From an uncultured Clostridiaceae bacterium (GTDB lineage Bacteria; Bacillota; Clostridia; TANB77; CAG-508): a DNA stretch of 64,000 bases. The DNA lies in contig CAMOWC010000002.1 of NCBI GenBank assembly GCA_946628065.1, forward strand, positions 68,119-132,118. The letters are read 5' to 3'. Positions within the stretch are counted from its first letter, which is position 1; each line of letters starts with the position of its first letter. Position numbers and translations under genes: made by a program. Of the stretch, positions 34,550-46,143 are shown one piece after another. A model generated the notes under the pieces. That model made no database searches and was not told the DNA's origin. It saw only the letters and a program-made list of their open reading frames with translations.

Positions 34550-35956
34550 TTAGTCTATTTGCACTCTAATTACTTGTTTTTTTGTTTTGTTATCCGCTTT
34601 TTTTATTAATATTACATCTAATTCTTTACTATCATTAATAATTTTTTTGTCTAATGATATTGAGGTTTTATTTTGAATATAGTTAAAGTCGTAGATTTTA
34701 TCCTTAACCTTTAAATATGCATAGTCGTATCCACCATTTGGTATTGTTATTTTTACAATTGGTGTATTTGCTTTTTCATCTGATGCTATCGCGGTTTTTA
34801 CAGCATCTTTTATTTTTTCTGTTTCCACATTATCTATTGTCTCTTCGTTAATGTTTTCAAGCTTGTCGTAACAAACGTTAACAATTTTCTTCTTCATATT
34901 TTTTTCACTGTAGTAGCTATCTCCTATAGCATATTCTGCTCCCTCAAATAAAACAATATCAGGCAATGTAATATTATAGTAATAGTCGAAATTAATTACA
35001 TTATCATAATTGTGTACGTAATATACTTTATTAAATACGTTTGCTATAAATTTTTCCTTTCCTCCCATATAGCTTCCTCTAAAAAAGAGCATTGTATAGT
35101 TGTTATTTACTTTTTCATTTTGAGTTTCTAAATATGTTGAATGCGTTTTGCTTATGTCTATATATTCTTTATATATTTTTGTAAAAGTATAATTCTGTGT
35201 TTTTATTGTATATTGAGGAATGTCTTCACTTATCGCAAAATTTGAAGAAGGAAGTGTGTCTACATGCTCATACTTTTTTTGGTAATCTTCCATGTCCAGT
35301 AAATTAATTTTGATTCCATCCTCTTGCATTCTTTTATAAATATTATTTAATCCAATAAAAGCACCTGTCTCATTCCAATGTCCTGCATCATATTTTACGT
35401 TATATACCTGTTCTGTTTTTGATGCATCTATTAGGCATTGTGTATTGTCAATATAATTTACTTCGAGCTCATTTAGCTTTTCTTTCAAATAATTAATTCT
35501 GTAATTTGTAAAAATGTAGCCTTCTGGTAAATATTGTGAATAAACACTTATTTTGGTTGGATTAATAACAAATAAAAAATAGCTTCCCCTATCTGTTACA
35601 TATGTTTGTAAGTCTTTTATCATTTTGGCAAATGTATTTAGATACGTGTCGTCATGTTTTTCTATGTCAGTTTTGTAAAATATGTATCCATCTTTTCCAT
35701 ATGAATATGTAGGGTGTATCATTTTGTTAAGAAGCTTATCATTAGCTTCAGTATATGCATTTATAAATTTATTTCTAAATCCTATCCTTTTTGATATGTA
35801 CTCATTAAATGTTTTTATATTTTTTATAGATTTTGCTTCTGGAAGCTTTTTATTATCTATTTCAGAAATTTGATCTGGGTTAAGATTAATAAAAATTATT
35901 GGTATCAATATTATGGTAAACATCAATGCAATAATTATTAACTTAAAGTATTTCAT
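34550..35956 (-). CDS. AlgJ/AlgX-like (DHHW) O-acetyltransferase
   Basis: YGKDGYIF, INPTKISVY, DAGHWN; adjacent to MBOAT gene. Confidence 0.75.
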   Translation of the reverse strand: MKYFKLIIIALMFTIILIPIIFINLNPDQISEIDNKKLPEAKSIKNIKTFNEYISKRIGFRNKFINAYTEANDKLLNKMIHPTYSYGKDGYIFYKTDIEKHDDTYLNTFAKMIKDLQTYVTDRGSYFLFVINPTKISVYSQYLPEGYIFTNYRINYLKEKLNELEVNYIDNTQCLIDASKTEQVYNVKYDAGHWNETGAFIGLNNIYKRMQEDGIKINLLDMEDYQKKYEHVDTLPSSNFAISEDIPQYTIKTQNYTFTKIYKEYIDISKTHSTYLETQNEKVNNNYTMLFFRGSYMGGKEKFIANVFNKVYYVHNYDNVINFDYYYNITLPDIVLFEGAEYAIGDSYYSEKNMKKKIVNVCYDKLENINEETIDNVETEKIKDAVKTAIASDEKANTPIVKITIPNGGYDYAYLKVKDKIYDFNYIQNKTSISLDKKIINDSKELDVILIKKADNKTKKQVIRVQID

Positions 35957-35970
35957 AAATGTCTCCTTTC

Positions 35971-37371
35971 TTAGAATTGTGCATATAATGATGGAGAATA
36001 CGAACTATTGACTAAGAAAATTATAGAAATTGCAAGTATACTAATAGCAAATATTCCAGATAGTATTTCTATAATTTTTTTGTTCTGAATTTTTGATACA
36101 ATATAATTTTTTATTGGTAAGGCAATTACAATGCCAACTAAAATATAGAAAATATTATATTGTGTTAAGAAATACTTTAGAGTATATTGCACTTGCTCTG
36201 GGCATTTTATGTTAAACATATAACCATAATAGTTCATTGAAGCCTTTAGTCCATTATTAGCAAATAATACCCATCCCAACAATATAATTAAATATGTGAA
36301 ACATCTTTTTAAATAAATAGGAATTTTTTTATAAAAGTTTTTATCTCTAATCAATCGTTCTATTACAATAAAAGCGCCATTATATACGCCCCATATTATA
36401 AAATTCCAACTCGAGCCATGCCAAAGTCCTGTAAGTATAAATACTATCATTAGGTGAATATATACATTTCCTTTTCTGTTGCCTCCTAGTGGAATATATA
36501 TATAATCTCTAAACCATGCACCAAGCGTTATATGCCATCTACGCCAGAAGTCTGAAATGGATTCTGAAAAGTATGGATAATTAAAGTTCTCCGGTAAAGA
36601 TATTCCAAACATTTTACTGATTCCAATTGAAATGTCTATGTACCCTGAAAAATTTATAAACAAATATAATGAATAACATATTATGCCAAACCACGCAGTT
36701 AAAGCAGTTATTCCCGAACTATTCATTGCTTCTATTATTTTAGTCCAAATATTTCCTAAAACATAAGATACAATTAAAACTTTACCCAATCCAAAACAAA
36801 ATCGCTTTACTCCATCATAAAACAAGTCTAAGCTAGGATTCTTCAAATTGCTTATTTCATTTTTAAATGAATCATATTTTACTATTGGTCCATTGACAAT
36901 TCTTGGAAAATAACATGTATAAAGAGTAAAATTAAAAATGTTTTTTTCCATATCAGTTTTTTTCTTATAAACATCTACTAGGTATGATATGTTTTGAAAA
37001 ACAAAAAAAGATATTCCTAACGGTAATATTAACTGTAATGCACTAATTTTAGTATGTAACAAGCTATTAACATTACTAATAATAAAATCAATGTATTTGT
37101 ATAAAAAGAGTGTTGCCACATTTATAAAAATACCAATTATTAAAAATATTTTTTTCTTTTTGTTTTCTGTTTTATCTATGATAATTCCAAATGCATAATT
37201 AATAATTATTGATCCTATTAATATAGGCAAGCTTTCTAGCGAAGCTAGTGAAAAGTATATTAAAGATACTATTGCTAAATAGTATTTTTTTATTTTTTTA
37301 GGTATCAATAAAAATCCTAAAATGGAAATCGGAAAAAAAATAAATAAAAAAATGTAATTAGAAAAATCCAT
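35971..37371 (-). CDS. MBOAT O-acyltransferase (AlgI/DltB-like)
   Basis: LPLGISFF, ENFNYPY, DFWRRWHITLGAWFRDYIYIPLGG, GLWHG. Confidence 0.92.
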   Translation of the reverse strand: MDFSNYIFLFIFFPISILGFLLIPKKIKKYYLAIVSLIYFSLASLESLPILIGSIIINYAFGIIIDKTENKKKKIFLIIGIFINVATLFLYKYIDFIISNVNSLLHTKISALQLILPLGISFFVFQNISYLVDVYKKKTDMEKNIFNFTLYTCYFPRIVNGPIVKYDSFKNEISNLKNPSLDLFYDGVKRFCFGLGKVLIVSYVLGNIWTKIIEAMNSSGITALTAWFGIICYSLYLFINFSGYIDISIGISKMFGISLPENFNYPYFSESISDFWRRWHITLGAWFRDYIYIPLGGNRKGNVYIHLMIVFILTGLWHGSSWNFIIWGVYNGAFIVIERLIRDKNFYKKIPIYLKRCFTYLIILLGWVLFANNGLKASMNYYGYMFNIKCPEQVQYTLKYFLTQYNIFYILVGIVIALPIKNYIVSKIQNKKIIEILSGIFAISILAISIIFLVNSSYSPSLYAQF

Positions 37372-37398
37372 ATTATTCCACCATTATAACTTTCTTTA

Positions 37399-38403
37399 TT
37401 ACTTCTTATAAATTGTTTCTATCATATCCTGTCTCATTTTTTCTTCATCTGCTACAAAGTAGTAGCCTCCGTTTATCATTTGTCCTTTTCCATATTCTGT
37501 ACTTGGAATTTGAATTGATGTTATGTTATTTAAAAATGTGCTTGAGTTTAGTACTATATCAGTAAGCTTTCCTACATAGTTCATAACATTTATGTTTGTT
37601 TTAACTTCCTTAAGTATTGTGTCAGACATATCAATAATTTTGGAAGTTCCCATTTTAACCATTTTATTCATTATTTTCTCTAGTACTTCTCTTTGATGTT
37701 CAGCCCTTGAAAAGTCTGATCCTTCTCCTGTGGTTCTGTTTCTAGAGTGTGTTATTGCTTGCTCTCCATCTAATAATACGTTTCCATAACTTGTAACCTT
37801 TTTTACAGCCCTTCCTGTAATACTGTATCCATATTCGTATGAACGTTCATTAATGTAATCCATTTCAGCTTTCGTGATATTCATTTCTATTCCGCCTAAT
37901 GCATTAATAATATGGATTAATCCTGTAAAATTGATGCTAACATATTCTGTAATATCTAGTCCAAAATTTTCATTAATTGTTTTTAAAGCAAGTGAAGCTC
38001 CACCATATGCATATGCATGGTTAATTTTTGTTTTTCCATACCCTGGCACAGTAACATAAGTGTCTCTTGGAATACTAATCATTTTTACGGATTTGTTATT
38101 TAAATTTACAGAAGCAATAATTATACTATCACTTCTGCCAACTGTTGAGCTTTGAGAATCTATTCCAAATAGCGCGAATGTCAAAATATTATCAAATTCT
38201 GTTTTTGTTAATGAATCTGATACCTCTTCATAAAGATCTTCATTAGTGCTTAAATTACTTGTGTCAATTTCCTCGATATTAATTTTATTTAATTTGTTTG
38301 CAATAAAGCTACCTGCATAAATACCTAACCCAATAATTAATGCAAGTATTAATCCTACAAATATCAAAGTTATTTTCTTTTTATTACTTTTCTTTTTCTT
38401 CAT
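37399..38403 (-). CDS. LCP family glycopolymer transferase
   Basis: GRSDSII, SIPRDTY, KINHAYAYGG, DFSRAEHQ. Confidence 0.9.
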   Translation of the reverse strand: MKKKKSNKKKITLIFVGLILALIIGLGIYAGSFIANKLNKINIEEIDTSNLSTNEDLYEEVSDSLTKTEFDNILTFALFGIDSQSSTVGRSDSIIIASVNLNNKSVKMISIPRDTYVTVPGYGKTKINHAYAYGGASLALKTINENFGLDITEYVSINFTGLIHIINALGGIEMNITKAEMDYINERSYEYGYSITGRAVKKVTSYGNVLLDGEQAITHSRNRTTGEGSDFSRAEHQREVLEKIMNKMVKMGTSKIIDMSDTILKEVKTNINVMNYVGKLTDIVLNSSTFLNNITSIQIPSTEYGKGQMINGGYYFVADEEKMRQDMIETIYKK

Positions 38404-38411
38404 TTATACAC

Positions 38412-39432
38412 CTATTTCTTGTAAACATATTCTCTCATATCTTCTATCATTCTGTCTGTGTCTGTTGGAACAAAATAATATATTCCTTTAATTATTTGGC
38501 TTGTTGCATATTCTTCTTTAGGTATTTGAGTAGATATAACATTGCTTAAATATGTGCTTTTATTTAATACAATTTCACCTAACAATCCCATATAATCCAT
38601 GACATTAATGTTTGTAGTTACTTCTTTTAGTAAAACATCAATTAAATCATAGATTTCGTTTGATCCTAAACTTGAAACTTTACTAAACATTGCCGCCAAA
38701 ACATCTCTTTGTCTTTCAGCTCTTGTAAAGTCTCCATCTCCAACAGTTCTATTTCGTGCATGTGTTACAGCTTGCTCTCCGTCAAGAGTCACATTACCAT
38801 ATGATGTAAGTTTCTTTTGCTTATTCCCTGAAACATTATACACAAGGTCAGAGTTTTTATTAATAAACTCTTTTTCTTCGTTTGTTATTTTAAGTTGAAT
38901 TCCACCGATGTCATTAATTATATGTGCTAGTCCAGCAAAATCAACTGTCGCATACTCTGTTAGACTTAAATTAAAGTTTGTGTTTATTGTTTTAAGTGCG
39001 AGCTGTGCTCCTCCATATGTGAATGCATAATTAATTTTGTTTTTGCCGTATCCCTCTATTTCTGCATATGTGTCTCTAGGAATACTTATTAATTTTATGG
39101 ATTTGTATTTTGGATTTATTGAAACTATCAGTATTGTATCTGTTCTTCCTGCAAATCCTTCTTCGTCTTGACCGTCACCTTTGCTTTGTGTGTCAATGCC
39201 AAATAATACAAAATTTTTTATATTTTTAAAATCGCTTTCAGAGATATCTTCAGAAACCGTGGAGTATAGGTCATCTGCAATTCCTAAATTATTTTTATCT
39301 ATATCTTCAAAATTAACGCTGAATTTTTTGCTTATAATAATACCACCGCAATATTCCTGCTAATACTAGTATTAATATTAACACTATTACTACTATTTTT
39401 AGCCATTTTTTCTTCTTGCTTTTCTCTCCCAT
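38412..39432 (-). CDS. LCP family glycopolymer transferase (+1 shift at CGGT 39348-39345)
   Basis: MGEKSKKKKWLKIVVIVLILILVLAGIL|GGIIISKK...GRTDTILI...SIPRDTY...GDFTRAERQ; about 339 aa, paralog of its neighbour. Confidence 0.88.
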
Positions 39433-39457
39433 TTTGCTCTCCTTTTTTTTTAAGCAT

Positions 39458-40984
39458 TTATGTTCTTTTGACAATGCCCTTAAGTCTTTCTATAACACCT
39501 TTAAACTCTTTTGTATTGGCAAATAAAATTGCAAATATAATATTTGATGTTATTGTATAAATTATTAATTTAATTACAAAACCTTTTATTCCATCAATCG
39601 GAATATTTTTCAAGATAAAATATGATATTGTATATACTATAGCTATTTTTATAAAATTAACAAAATATTGAGCATAATATCTGTAAGGTTTCTTTTTAAA
39701 GTTATACTTGTAAACAATATACGGATCAAACCAAGTAGTCGTAACTAATCTAGAAATTGATGTTGCGAAGAATATTCCTGCTAGTCCAATTATTTTGCAT
39801 AATATAATAGATAAAGCTATATTAAGTATTGCAGCAATGATTGCTGTATATTTTCCTTCATTAAATAGTCCCATTGTTGTTCTATATGTGTATCCTGCAA
39901 ACTGCATTCCATTAATATAAAAATGCAGTGCTAGTGCTATTACAACCATATAATCTAATAAGTATTCGTTGCCTAACCAGATCATTATAAATTCATTTAA
40001 AAATAATGCTAATCCTATACTGCAGAATCCAAATATCCACGTTGTTGTAAAAAATAATTCTTTGAAAGTTTTTTCTTTAGTTTCAGTTTCTCCTACTGCA
40101 TTAAGATTTCCTACGCTGGACGTTATACCATTTAATAGTTTAGATAATAATGAAGTTGCTGCTGTTAAAATTAAAGAATAGTTCGATACTATACCAACTG
40201 TTGCAACTCCAAGCATTGAAGATATAATAATATTGTCAGTTCCATTTAAAACAACAGATCCAAATTTATAATAAACTAAAGCTTTTACATTTTTAAAAAT
40301 GTCTTTTTTTTCTTGTTTGCTTATTTCCTCAACATTTCGTTCTTTTAAATATTTGTAATCTTTTGTTGCCTTTAGTGAGATTGCTAAATTTTCCACAAAA
40401 GTACAAATTATTTGGATTAATAAATATATTATAAAGTTTCTTGTTAGGTATAAAAATACTACTTGTAAAATATTCTTAACGATATAAAATGCAATTTCAT
40501 AAATATTTATAATATAATCTTTTTGATGCGCCATTATAATCGATTTTTTGTATGTAAAAAAATACGACAATGCAGTATTAGCTAAGAATAAAAGATATAT
40601 TATACTTATATTTTCACTTATATTTGGGGTTTCTTTGATTATAAATCCCAAAAATGGAGTAATTAATGCTCCTATAATGATTACAACTATTCCTATGATG
40701 TTATATGACTTTTGATATAGTTTCATTAATGCTTTAACTTTTTCTTTTTCATTATTAGCAACAGGTTTATACATGCTGAAAATAATAGCATTTCCTATAC
40801 CAAGTTCAGCAAAAGAAAGGATAGTTAAAATATTTGTAAATAATCCGTTAACTCCTAAATATTCTTTTCCTAAAATGTTTATGAAAACAGTCCTTGCAAC
40901 AAATGATAAAATGGTATTAACAATTTGTGACATTGCTCCAAAAGACATATTTCTCATGCTATTTTTTGTTCTTGAATTATTCAT
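39458..40984 (-). CDS. polysaccharide flippase (Wzx-like)
   Basis: SRTKNSMRN, ILGKEYLGVNGLF, AELGIG, GTDNIIIS; ATG 40984. Confidence 0.85.
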   Translation of the reverse strand: MNNSRTKNSMRNMSFGAMSQIVNTILSFVARTVFINILGKEYLGVNGLFTNILTILSFAELGIGNAIIFSMYKPVANNEKEKVKALMKLYQKSYNIIGIVVIIIGALITPFLGFIIKETPNISENISIIYLLFLANTALSYFFTYKKSIIMAHQKDYIINIYEIAFYIVKNILQVVFLYLTRNFIIYLLIQIICTFVENLAISLKATKDYKYLKERNVEEISKQEKKDIFKNVKALVYYKFGSVVLNGTDNIIISSMLGVATVGIVSNYSLILTAATSLLSKLLNGITSSVGNLNAVGETETKEKTFKELFFTTTWIFGFCSIGLALFLNEFIMIWLGNEYLLDYMVVIALALHFYINGMQFAGYTYRTTMGLFNEGKYTAIIAAILNIALSIILCKIIGLAGIFFATSISRLVTTTWFDPYIVYKYNFKKKPYRYYAQYFVNFIKIAIVYTISYFILKNIPIDGIKGFVIKLIIYTITSNIIFAILFANTKEFKGVIERLKGIVKRT

Positions 40985-41438
40985 TGTCACCTTTCTCCGA
41001 CTTTTTTTGCTTATCAAGCATTTCCTTAAGTACATTTGATAAAATAGTAGATGATGTTCCTTTTGTATATGGAAAATATACAAATTCTACTCCAACACTT
41101 TTTAACTTTTGTTCCATTTCTCTATACATATCTGAATTTTTCCAGTCGTCCCCGTGGAAAATCACGTCAAAATGGTTTTCTTCCCATGCTACATATTTAT
41201 CCATAGTAGTTTGTGGTACAACTTTATCCACATATTTTATTGATTCAACAATTTGCTTTCTCTCTTCATAAGGTATAATTGGAGTTTTATGCTTGTACGA
41301 TTGTACTACTTCGTCTGTGCTTACTCCAACTATTAAATAATCACATTGCTCTTTTGCCCTCTTTAATATGTTTAAATGTCCAATATGGAACAAATCAAAA
41401 ACTCCCGTTGTATAACCTACCTTATATTTTTTTTCCAT
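40977..41438 (-). CDS. glycerol-3-phosphate cytidylyltransferase-like (TagD family)
   Basis: GVFDLFHIGH, HGDDWK, YTKGTSST. Confidence 0.85.
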   Translation of the reverse strand: MEKKYKVGYTTGVFDLFHIGHLNILKRAKEQCDYLIVGVSTDEVVQSYKHKTPIIPYEERKQIVESIKYVDKVVPQTTMDKYVAWEENHFDVIFHGDDWKNSDMYREMEQKLKSVGVEFVYFPYTKGTSSTILSNVLKEMLDKQKKSEKGDNE

Positions 41439-42630
41439 TTAATTTACCTCCTATAATTTTTTTTATATTTTTTGGAATTAGTCTTCCAATTATATGCCTC
41501 ATTCTTTTCTGCGGTACACATTTGTTTATAAGCTTATCAAATCGCATATTATCTATATTTGAAAAGAAAAATTCTCTTTTAGGGTTCATTTTAGTTGGTT
41601 CCCTAAATCTAGCATTTTCTTTTTTTGCAAATTCAATGTCTAACTTTAAACATTCACATTCCTTCTCAAACGTTGGTAATAGCTTTTGACCTTTTTCCGA
41701 ATTGATTACTACCATTGAAACGCCTTCATGTACATTCCAATCAGGATAAATATGTCCTATGCCCCAGCAATCCGCAATAGTTATGTCCGATATTCTTTTT
41801 GGATTTGCATATTTGCAGTTATAGCAGCTTTCTCTGTAAAATAGCTGTGAATGAAATCCTCTTAAAAAAAGGTTTTTCCTGATATTTTCAATTATAGTCT
41901 TATTGTTCTCAAATTCTATTTTTATGCACTTTGAATCCCATTCTTTATTTTTGTATATTTTTTCTCTAAAAGAAATTGCTTTTACTTTACTTTTGTATTT
42001 ATCTTCCATGTATTGTAAATATTTTTTTAGTGTCTGCTTGTTAGGTACTCCATGGCATACAATGTCAACTGTTAGTAAATTGTCATATTCCTTATTTAAG
42101 AAATTCTTTAATCCCGCTATTTGGCACGGTGTACCAGTAAACAGGACTTTCCTGCCTTCTTCTAGCATTTTTTTTGCATCTTTATATGAATTTCCAACAC
42201 TGCTTTGTACATATTTTGACTTTCTGTATTTATCGATTAATTTTTTGTCTAAAACATAGCTATGGTGTGGCGAACATGTTTCATCATATTCCACTCCAAA
42301 AATGGCATAGTTATTGTCACAATATGCTTGAACAATAGTAGTAAATGCTCCTCCTGACGCGCTCTTTAATATAACATCTTTGTTTTTACTTCTACATGCA
42401 AATACAATTTGACTAAATTTCTCTTCATTAAGTGTATCGCTCAGACTTGGGCAAATTTTTGTACATAATCCACACTGTACACATTCTTCAGTTCTAACTG
42501 GGTATTCAAATCCGTTATTATCCATAATTATCTCAATTGCATTATGTGGGCAGATTTGCTTACAAGCCATACACCCTGTACAATTTTGCTTTTCACAAAT
42601 TAATTTATTATTAAATATTTCTTCACTCAT
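41422..42630 (-). CDS. FrhB/FdhB C-terminal domain Fe-S protein of polysaccharide loci
   Basis: two CxxCxxCxxxCP, SASGG, SKYVQS, GTPCQIAG, CHGVP, SDITIAD. Confidence 0.85.
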   Translation of the reverse strand: MSEEIFNNKLICEKQNCTGCMACKQICPHNAIEIIMDNNGFEYPVRTEECVQCGLCTKICPSLSDTLNEEKFSQIVFACRSKNKDVILKSASGGAFTTIVQAYCDNNYAIFGVEYDETCSPHHSYVLDKKLIDKYRKSKYVQSSVGNSYKDAKKMLEEGRKVLFTGTPCQIAGLKNFLNKEYDNLLTVDIVCHGVPNKQTLKKYLQYMEDKYKSKVKAISFREKIYKNKEWDSKCIKIEFENNKTIIENIRKNLFLRGFHSQLFYRESCYNCKYANPKRISDITIADCWGIGHIYPDWNVHEGVSMVVINSEKGQKLLPTFEKECECLKLDIEFAKKENARFREPTKMNPKREFFFSNIDNMRFDKLINKCVPQKRMRHIIGRLIPKNIKKIIGGKLNGKKI

Positions 42631-42669
42631 TTAATAAACCTCTTTATTGAAAATAGTTTTTATATGCTT

Positions 42670-43509
42670 TTATCCGTTTTCACTGAATTCCATACATTCA
42701 CCATCTTCAAATTGCACCATAAGTGGTTTATGCGTTACTCTTTTTTCTACTGGTGGCAACTCCATATATTTTGATCCATATATTTTTGTTAAAACATATT
42801 CATAGTCATTTGGTGCAAAATATTCTCTGTCTTCAAATTTAATTTTTTTAGCAGGATAGTATTTTTCTTTTAAATGAGTTTGTTTTTCTATTTTGTATTG
42901 ACTTCCTAAATTGACAAAGTATTTTTCTTCTTTTCCTTCATTTTGCATAGCTCTATTCAAAATGGAGTGTAAAAGCTTATTTGGTATACATTTTGAGATT
43001 ATAACTTTTAAGTTAAAGATAAATCCCTGCTCTAGCCTGATTTTGCATATATTTTTTTTCATTAAAATTGCTTTTATTTTCTCTTCTGTTTTTTTCCTTT
43101 TCTTTATATCTATTGAGTTTTCATCTTTAGCACTATCTAAAGGAAATATGTCTACAAATATTCCCTTGCACCCATTATAATCCTTTAATGTACTTTCTGC
43201 CATTATTGTGTTTTTTAGACGTATTTTTATAAAAGGTAACCAGTACTTTTTGTTGGTTTTGAAACAATCTAATATGAAATCTTCTTTTAATTCTTTTTGA
43301 GCATACTCAATGAATTTATTATAATCTTCTCTTGGCATCGCAATGTCTAAGTCATCGTCCCAAGGGATATATCCTGAATGTCTTACTGCTCCTAATAATG
43401 TTCCTCCTATAAGGAAATATACTATTTTATGCATTTCGCAAATTCTTACTATTTCATCTAAAATTTTTAATTGGCTGTTATGTAATTTAGGTAAATAATC
43501 TTCTTTCAT
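42670..43509 (-). CDS. LicD family phosphotransferase
   Basis: GGTLLGAVRHSGYIPWDDDLDI, DIFPLD. Confidence 0.9.
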   Translation of the reverse strand: MKEDYLPKLHNSQLKILDEIVRICEMHKIVYFLIGGTLLGAVRHSGYIPWDDDLDIAMPREDYNKFIEYAQKELKEDFILDCFKTNKKYWLPFIKIRLKNTIMAESTLKDYNGCKGIFVDIFPLDSAKDENSIDIKKRKKTEEKIKAILMKKNICKIRLEQGFIFNLKVIISKCIPNKLLHSILNRAMQNEGKEEKYFVNLGSQYKIEKQTHLKEKYYPAKKIKFEDREYFAPNDYEYVLTKIYGSKYMELPPVEKRVTHKPLMVQFEDGECMEFSENG

Positions 43510-43518
43510 AAAATGCTC

Positions 43519-45045
43519 CTATCTTTTTTGCTGAACATTATTTTTTTTCTTGTCAGCAATATACCATATTAAAATAATAAATATTATAATCAAAAATTGT
43601 GGTTTAATTATAAATTCAATAAATTCTATTGATTCACTTCGTGGAATTAAAAAGAATTTTGTTAGAGTTATTAAAATTATAGATTTACTTATCCATTTAT
43701 ATCTCATGAATTCACTAATTGTTTTTAAATACATTCCTATTATAAAGCTGAACAAAATTACTCCTATTATTCCAAAATCCATATATGTTTCTATTATATA
43801 GGATGTTCCTCTTCCATGTCCTGCAAGGTATGATGTTTTTCCTAAAACTATGTAAGATAATCTATGCGCTAAATTGTTACTTTCTTTGGCTCTTTTAACT
43901 GTATTTCCACTTCCCAAATCTTCTGTGTGGAATAATGTTTTTGAAATAGTTGAATATTTTAAATAATCAATTATATTTCCAAATGTGTAGCTTTCTTTCT
44001 TTTGTTCTATTAGCTTTTCTCTATATTCAAATCCTTGGCATATAGTAGTAAACGTTGTTCCCTGCTTGTAGAAGAAGTCCGTTACTAGCTGTACAGGAGA
44101 AAAATCTGGTATTTCTTCGTCTGATCTAATGTAATTGTATGCTCCTAGTCCCATTATTCCTATGAAAGCTAATATTATGCAAGCTGTTAACGTTTTAAAA
44201 TTTAAATATTTTTTTATTTTTTCCCTATATCTCACAAAAATATATACTAATATAAAAGTAATTTTTAATACTAATGCTCCTCTGTTTCCTATAAGGAACA
44301 TAGGTACTCCAGATATTAAATACAAGGCTAGAGTTATAATTGTCTTTCTTTTGCATGGTAATGTTGCCAAATAAAAGCACATCATGTATGCATAAGTCTC
44401 TGATAAAAACGAAAATACCTTTGGTATGTTTCTTTTATTTGTACTGTATAATAATGCATAATCGACATCATGTAAGTCTATGTATTGTAATATATTTATA
44501 GAAAAATTTATTAAAAAAGTTATTATCATTCCATAAAACAAAAAATTACAAAAAAATTTATTGTTTAACAAGCTATCATATTTTTTTTGTACTCTTTTTA
44601 GTCGTTCACTCTTAAATATTCTATTTTTAAAGCGTTTATTTCTTTTGCCTGCATTTCTTATTTTCTTTATTCTAAACATTATATTTTTCTTATTTATAAA
44701 GCCCAAAAGAATAAATACTATGCTTAAAATAATAGATAATAAAGCTAGGTTTAAGCTACTTGGTTCTTTATTCCACAAAGCTTTTCCGCTAAATGTGTCA
44801 ATTAATGGCCTACTTAATATGAATGTAAAAATCATAAGTAACATTATACATAAAGGGAATCTTTGTTTTATATTAATTAATGAATAATATAAAGAATACA
44901 AAAAAATTATCATTATTCCTATAATTGAAACACTATATGTTTTTATAGTAATCCCCACTGTGCATAAAATAATTGATATAACAATAAAAATATACATTAT
45001 GATTCTTGATTTATTTTTTTTTATCGCATTACTTATTTTTGACAT
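43519..45045 (-). CDS. polysaccharide polymerase (Wzy-like)
   Basis: many TM segments, GHGRGTSYIIETYMDFG; very low GC; locus context. Confidence 0.7.
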   Translation of the reverse strand: MSKISNAIKKNKSRIIMYIFIVISIILCTVGITIKTYSVSIIGIMIIFLYSLYYSLINIKQRFPLCIMLLMIFTFILSRPLIDTFSGKALWNKEPSSLNLALLSIILSIVFILLGFINKKNIMFRIKKIRNAGKRNKRFKNRIFKSERLKRVQKKYDSLLNNKFFCNFLFYGMIITFLINFSINILQYIDLHDVDYALLYSTNKRNIPKVFSFLSETYAYMMCFYLATLPCKRKTIITLALYLISGVPMFLIGNRGALVLKITFILVYIFVRYREKIKKYLNFKTLTACIILAFIGIMGLGAYNYIRSDEEIPDFSPVQLVTDFFYKQGTTFTTICQGFEYREKLIEQKKESYTFGNIIDYLKYSTISKTLFHTEDLGSGNTVKRAKESNNLAHRLSYIVLGKTSYLAGHGRGTSYIIETYMDFGIIGVILFSFIIGMYLKTISEFMRYKWISKSIILITLTKFFLIPRSESIEFIEFIIKPQFLIIIFIILIWYIADKKKNNVQQKR

Positions 45046-45063
45046 TGTATTCTCCTAATTTAT

Positions 45064-46140
45064 CTATATACTGGAAATTAAACTTTTCCATTTATTTAGT
45101 ATCTCTTTTTTTTCAAATTTGTGTATATTAATATCGCTGTTTTTTGAAAAATCGGCTCTTAAGTTTTCATTTTCAATTAATTCGCATATTTTATTAATCA
45201 TCTCATCTATATTATAGCAAGAAATTAAAAATCCATTTTTATTGTTTTCTATAATTTCAGATGGTCCTGTTGGACAGTCAAAACTTATTATTGGTAATTT
45301 TGCATCTTGTGCTTCAAGTAATGATAATGGTATTCCTTCGTAATATGAAGTCATTACTAAAAAAGAATACTCCCCATAAATTTGGTTTAAATTGTTCACA
45401 TTTCCCTTTAACTCGACAAATTCTTCCAAATTATTATCCTTAATTTGTTGTGTGATTTCTTCTCTGCAAGTTCCTTCTCCATATATGTCCCATTTCCAAT
45501 CCGGATGTTTTTCATATACTCCTTTGGCAACTTTTACAAGCATATCATAGCCTTTTACCTTTTCTAGTCTTCCTACTGTAATTATTTTATTTGAATCTGT
45601 TTTATATTGTTCATTACCTGTATTGCTATGTATAAACCAATTAGGTATGCATGTTACCTTTGCTTCAGGGACTTTAAACATCTTGATAAAATTATTTTTA
45701 TCTCGTTCTGTTAATGTTACAATTTTGTCCATATATTTTGCACCAAGATATTGTCTTAGTTCATGTTTTTTACCATAAGTTTTATTTTCTAAGTTTGAAT
45801 GTTCGCAATAAATTGTTTTAATATTTGTTCCTTTAGTTGCCTTAAGGGCAACAGTATTTACACCAGCTGTTATACAAAAAAGCTGGTCAATTTTATTCTC
45901 TAACAAATATCTCTTTAATTCTTTTGATAATTTAAATAAATTTTTTGTTATGCTAATTGTTTCCGTTGATACAACATAATGATTGTATTTATATTCTTGA
46001 TTTACGTTGTTTTTTTCTTGAAACAAGCTTATAACATAAACTTCGTTTTCATCTAACAATTCTGTTGCAATATTTTTAGCAATCTTTTCTGCACCGCCTG
46101 TTAATGAATCATCATAAATTAAAAAACCAATTCTTTTCAT
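45064..46140 (-). CDS. glycosyltransferase family 4
   Basis: GGAEK, VGRLEKVKG, SYYEGIPLSLLEA, CPTGPSEII. Confidence 0.9.
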   Translation of the reverse strand: MKRIGFLIYDDSLTGGAEKIAKNIATELLDENEVYVISLFQEKNNVNQEYKYNHYVVSTETISITKNLFKLSKELKRYLLENKIDQLFCITAGVNTVALKATKGTNIKTIYCEHSNLENKTYGKKHELRQYLGAKYMDKIVTLTERDKNNFIKMFKVPEAKVTCIPNWFIHSNTGNEQYKTDSNKIITVGRLEKVKGYDMLVKVAKGVYEKHPDWKWDIYGEGTCREEITQQIKDNNLEEFVELKGNVNNLNQIYGEYSFLVMTSYYEGIPLSLLEAQDAKLPIISFDCPTGPSEIIENNKNGFLISCYNIDEMINKICELIENENLRADFSKNSDINIHKFEKKEILNKWKSLISSI

Positions 46141-46143
46141 TTC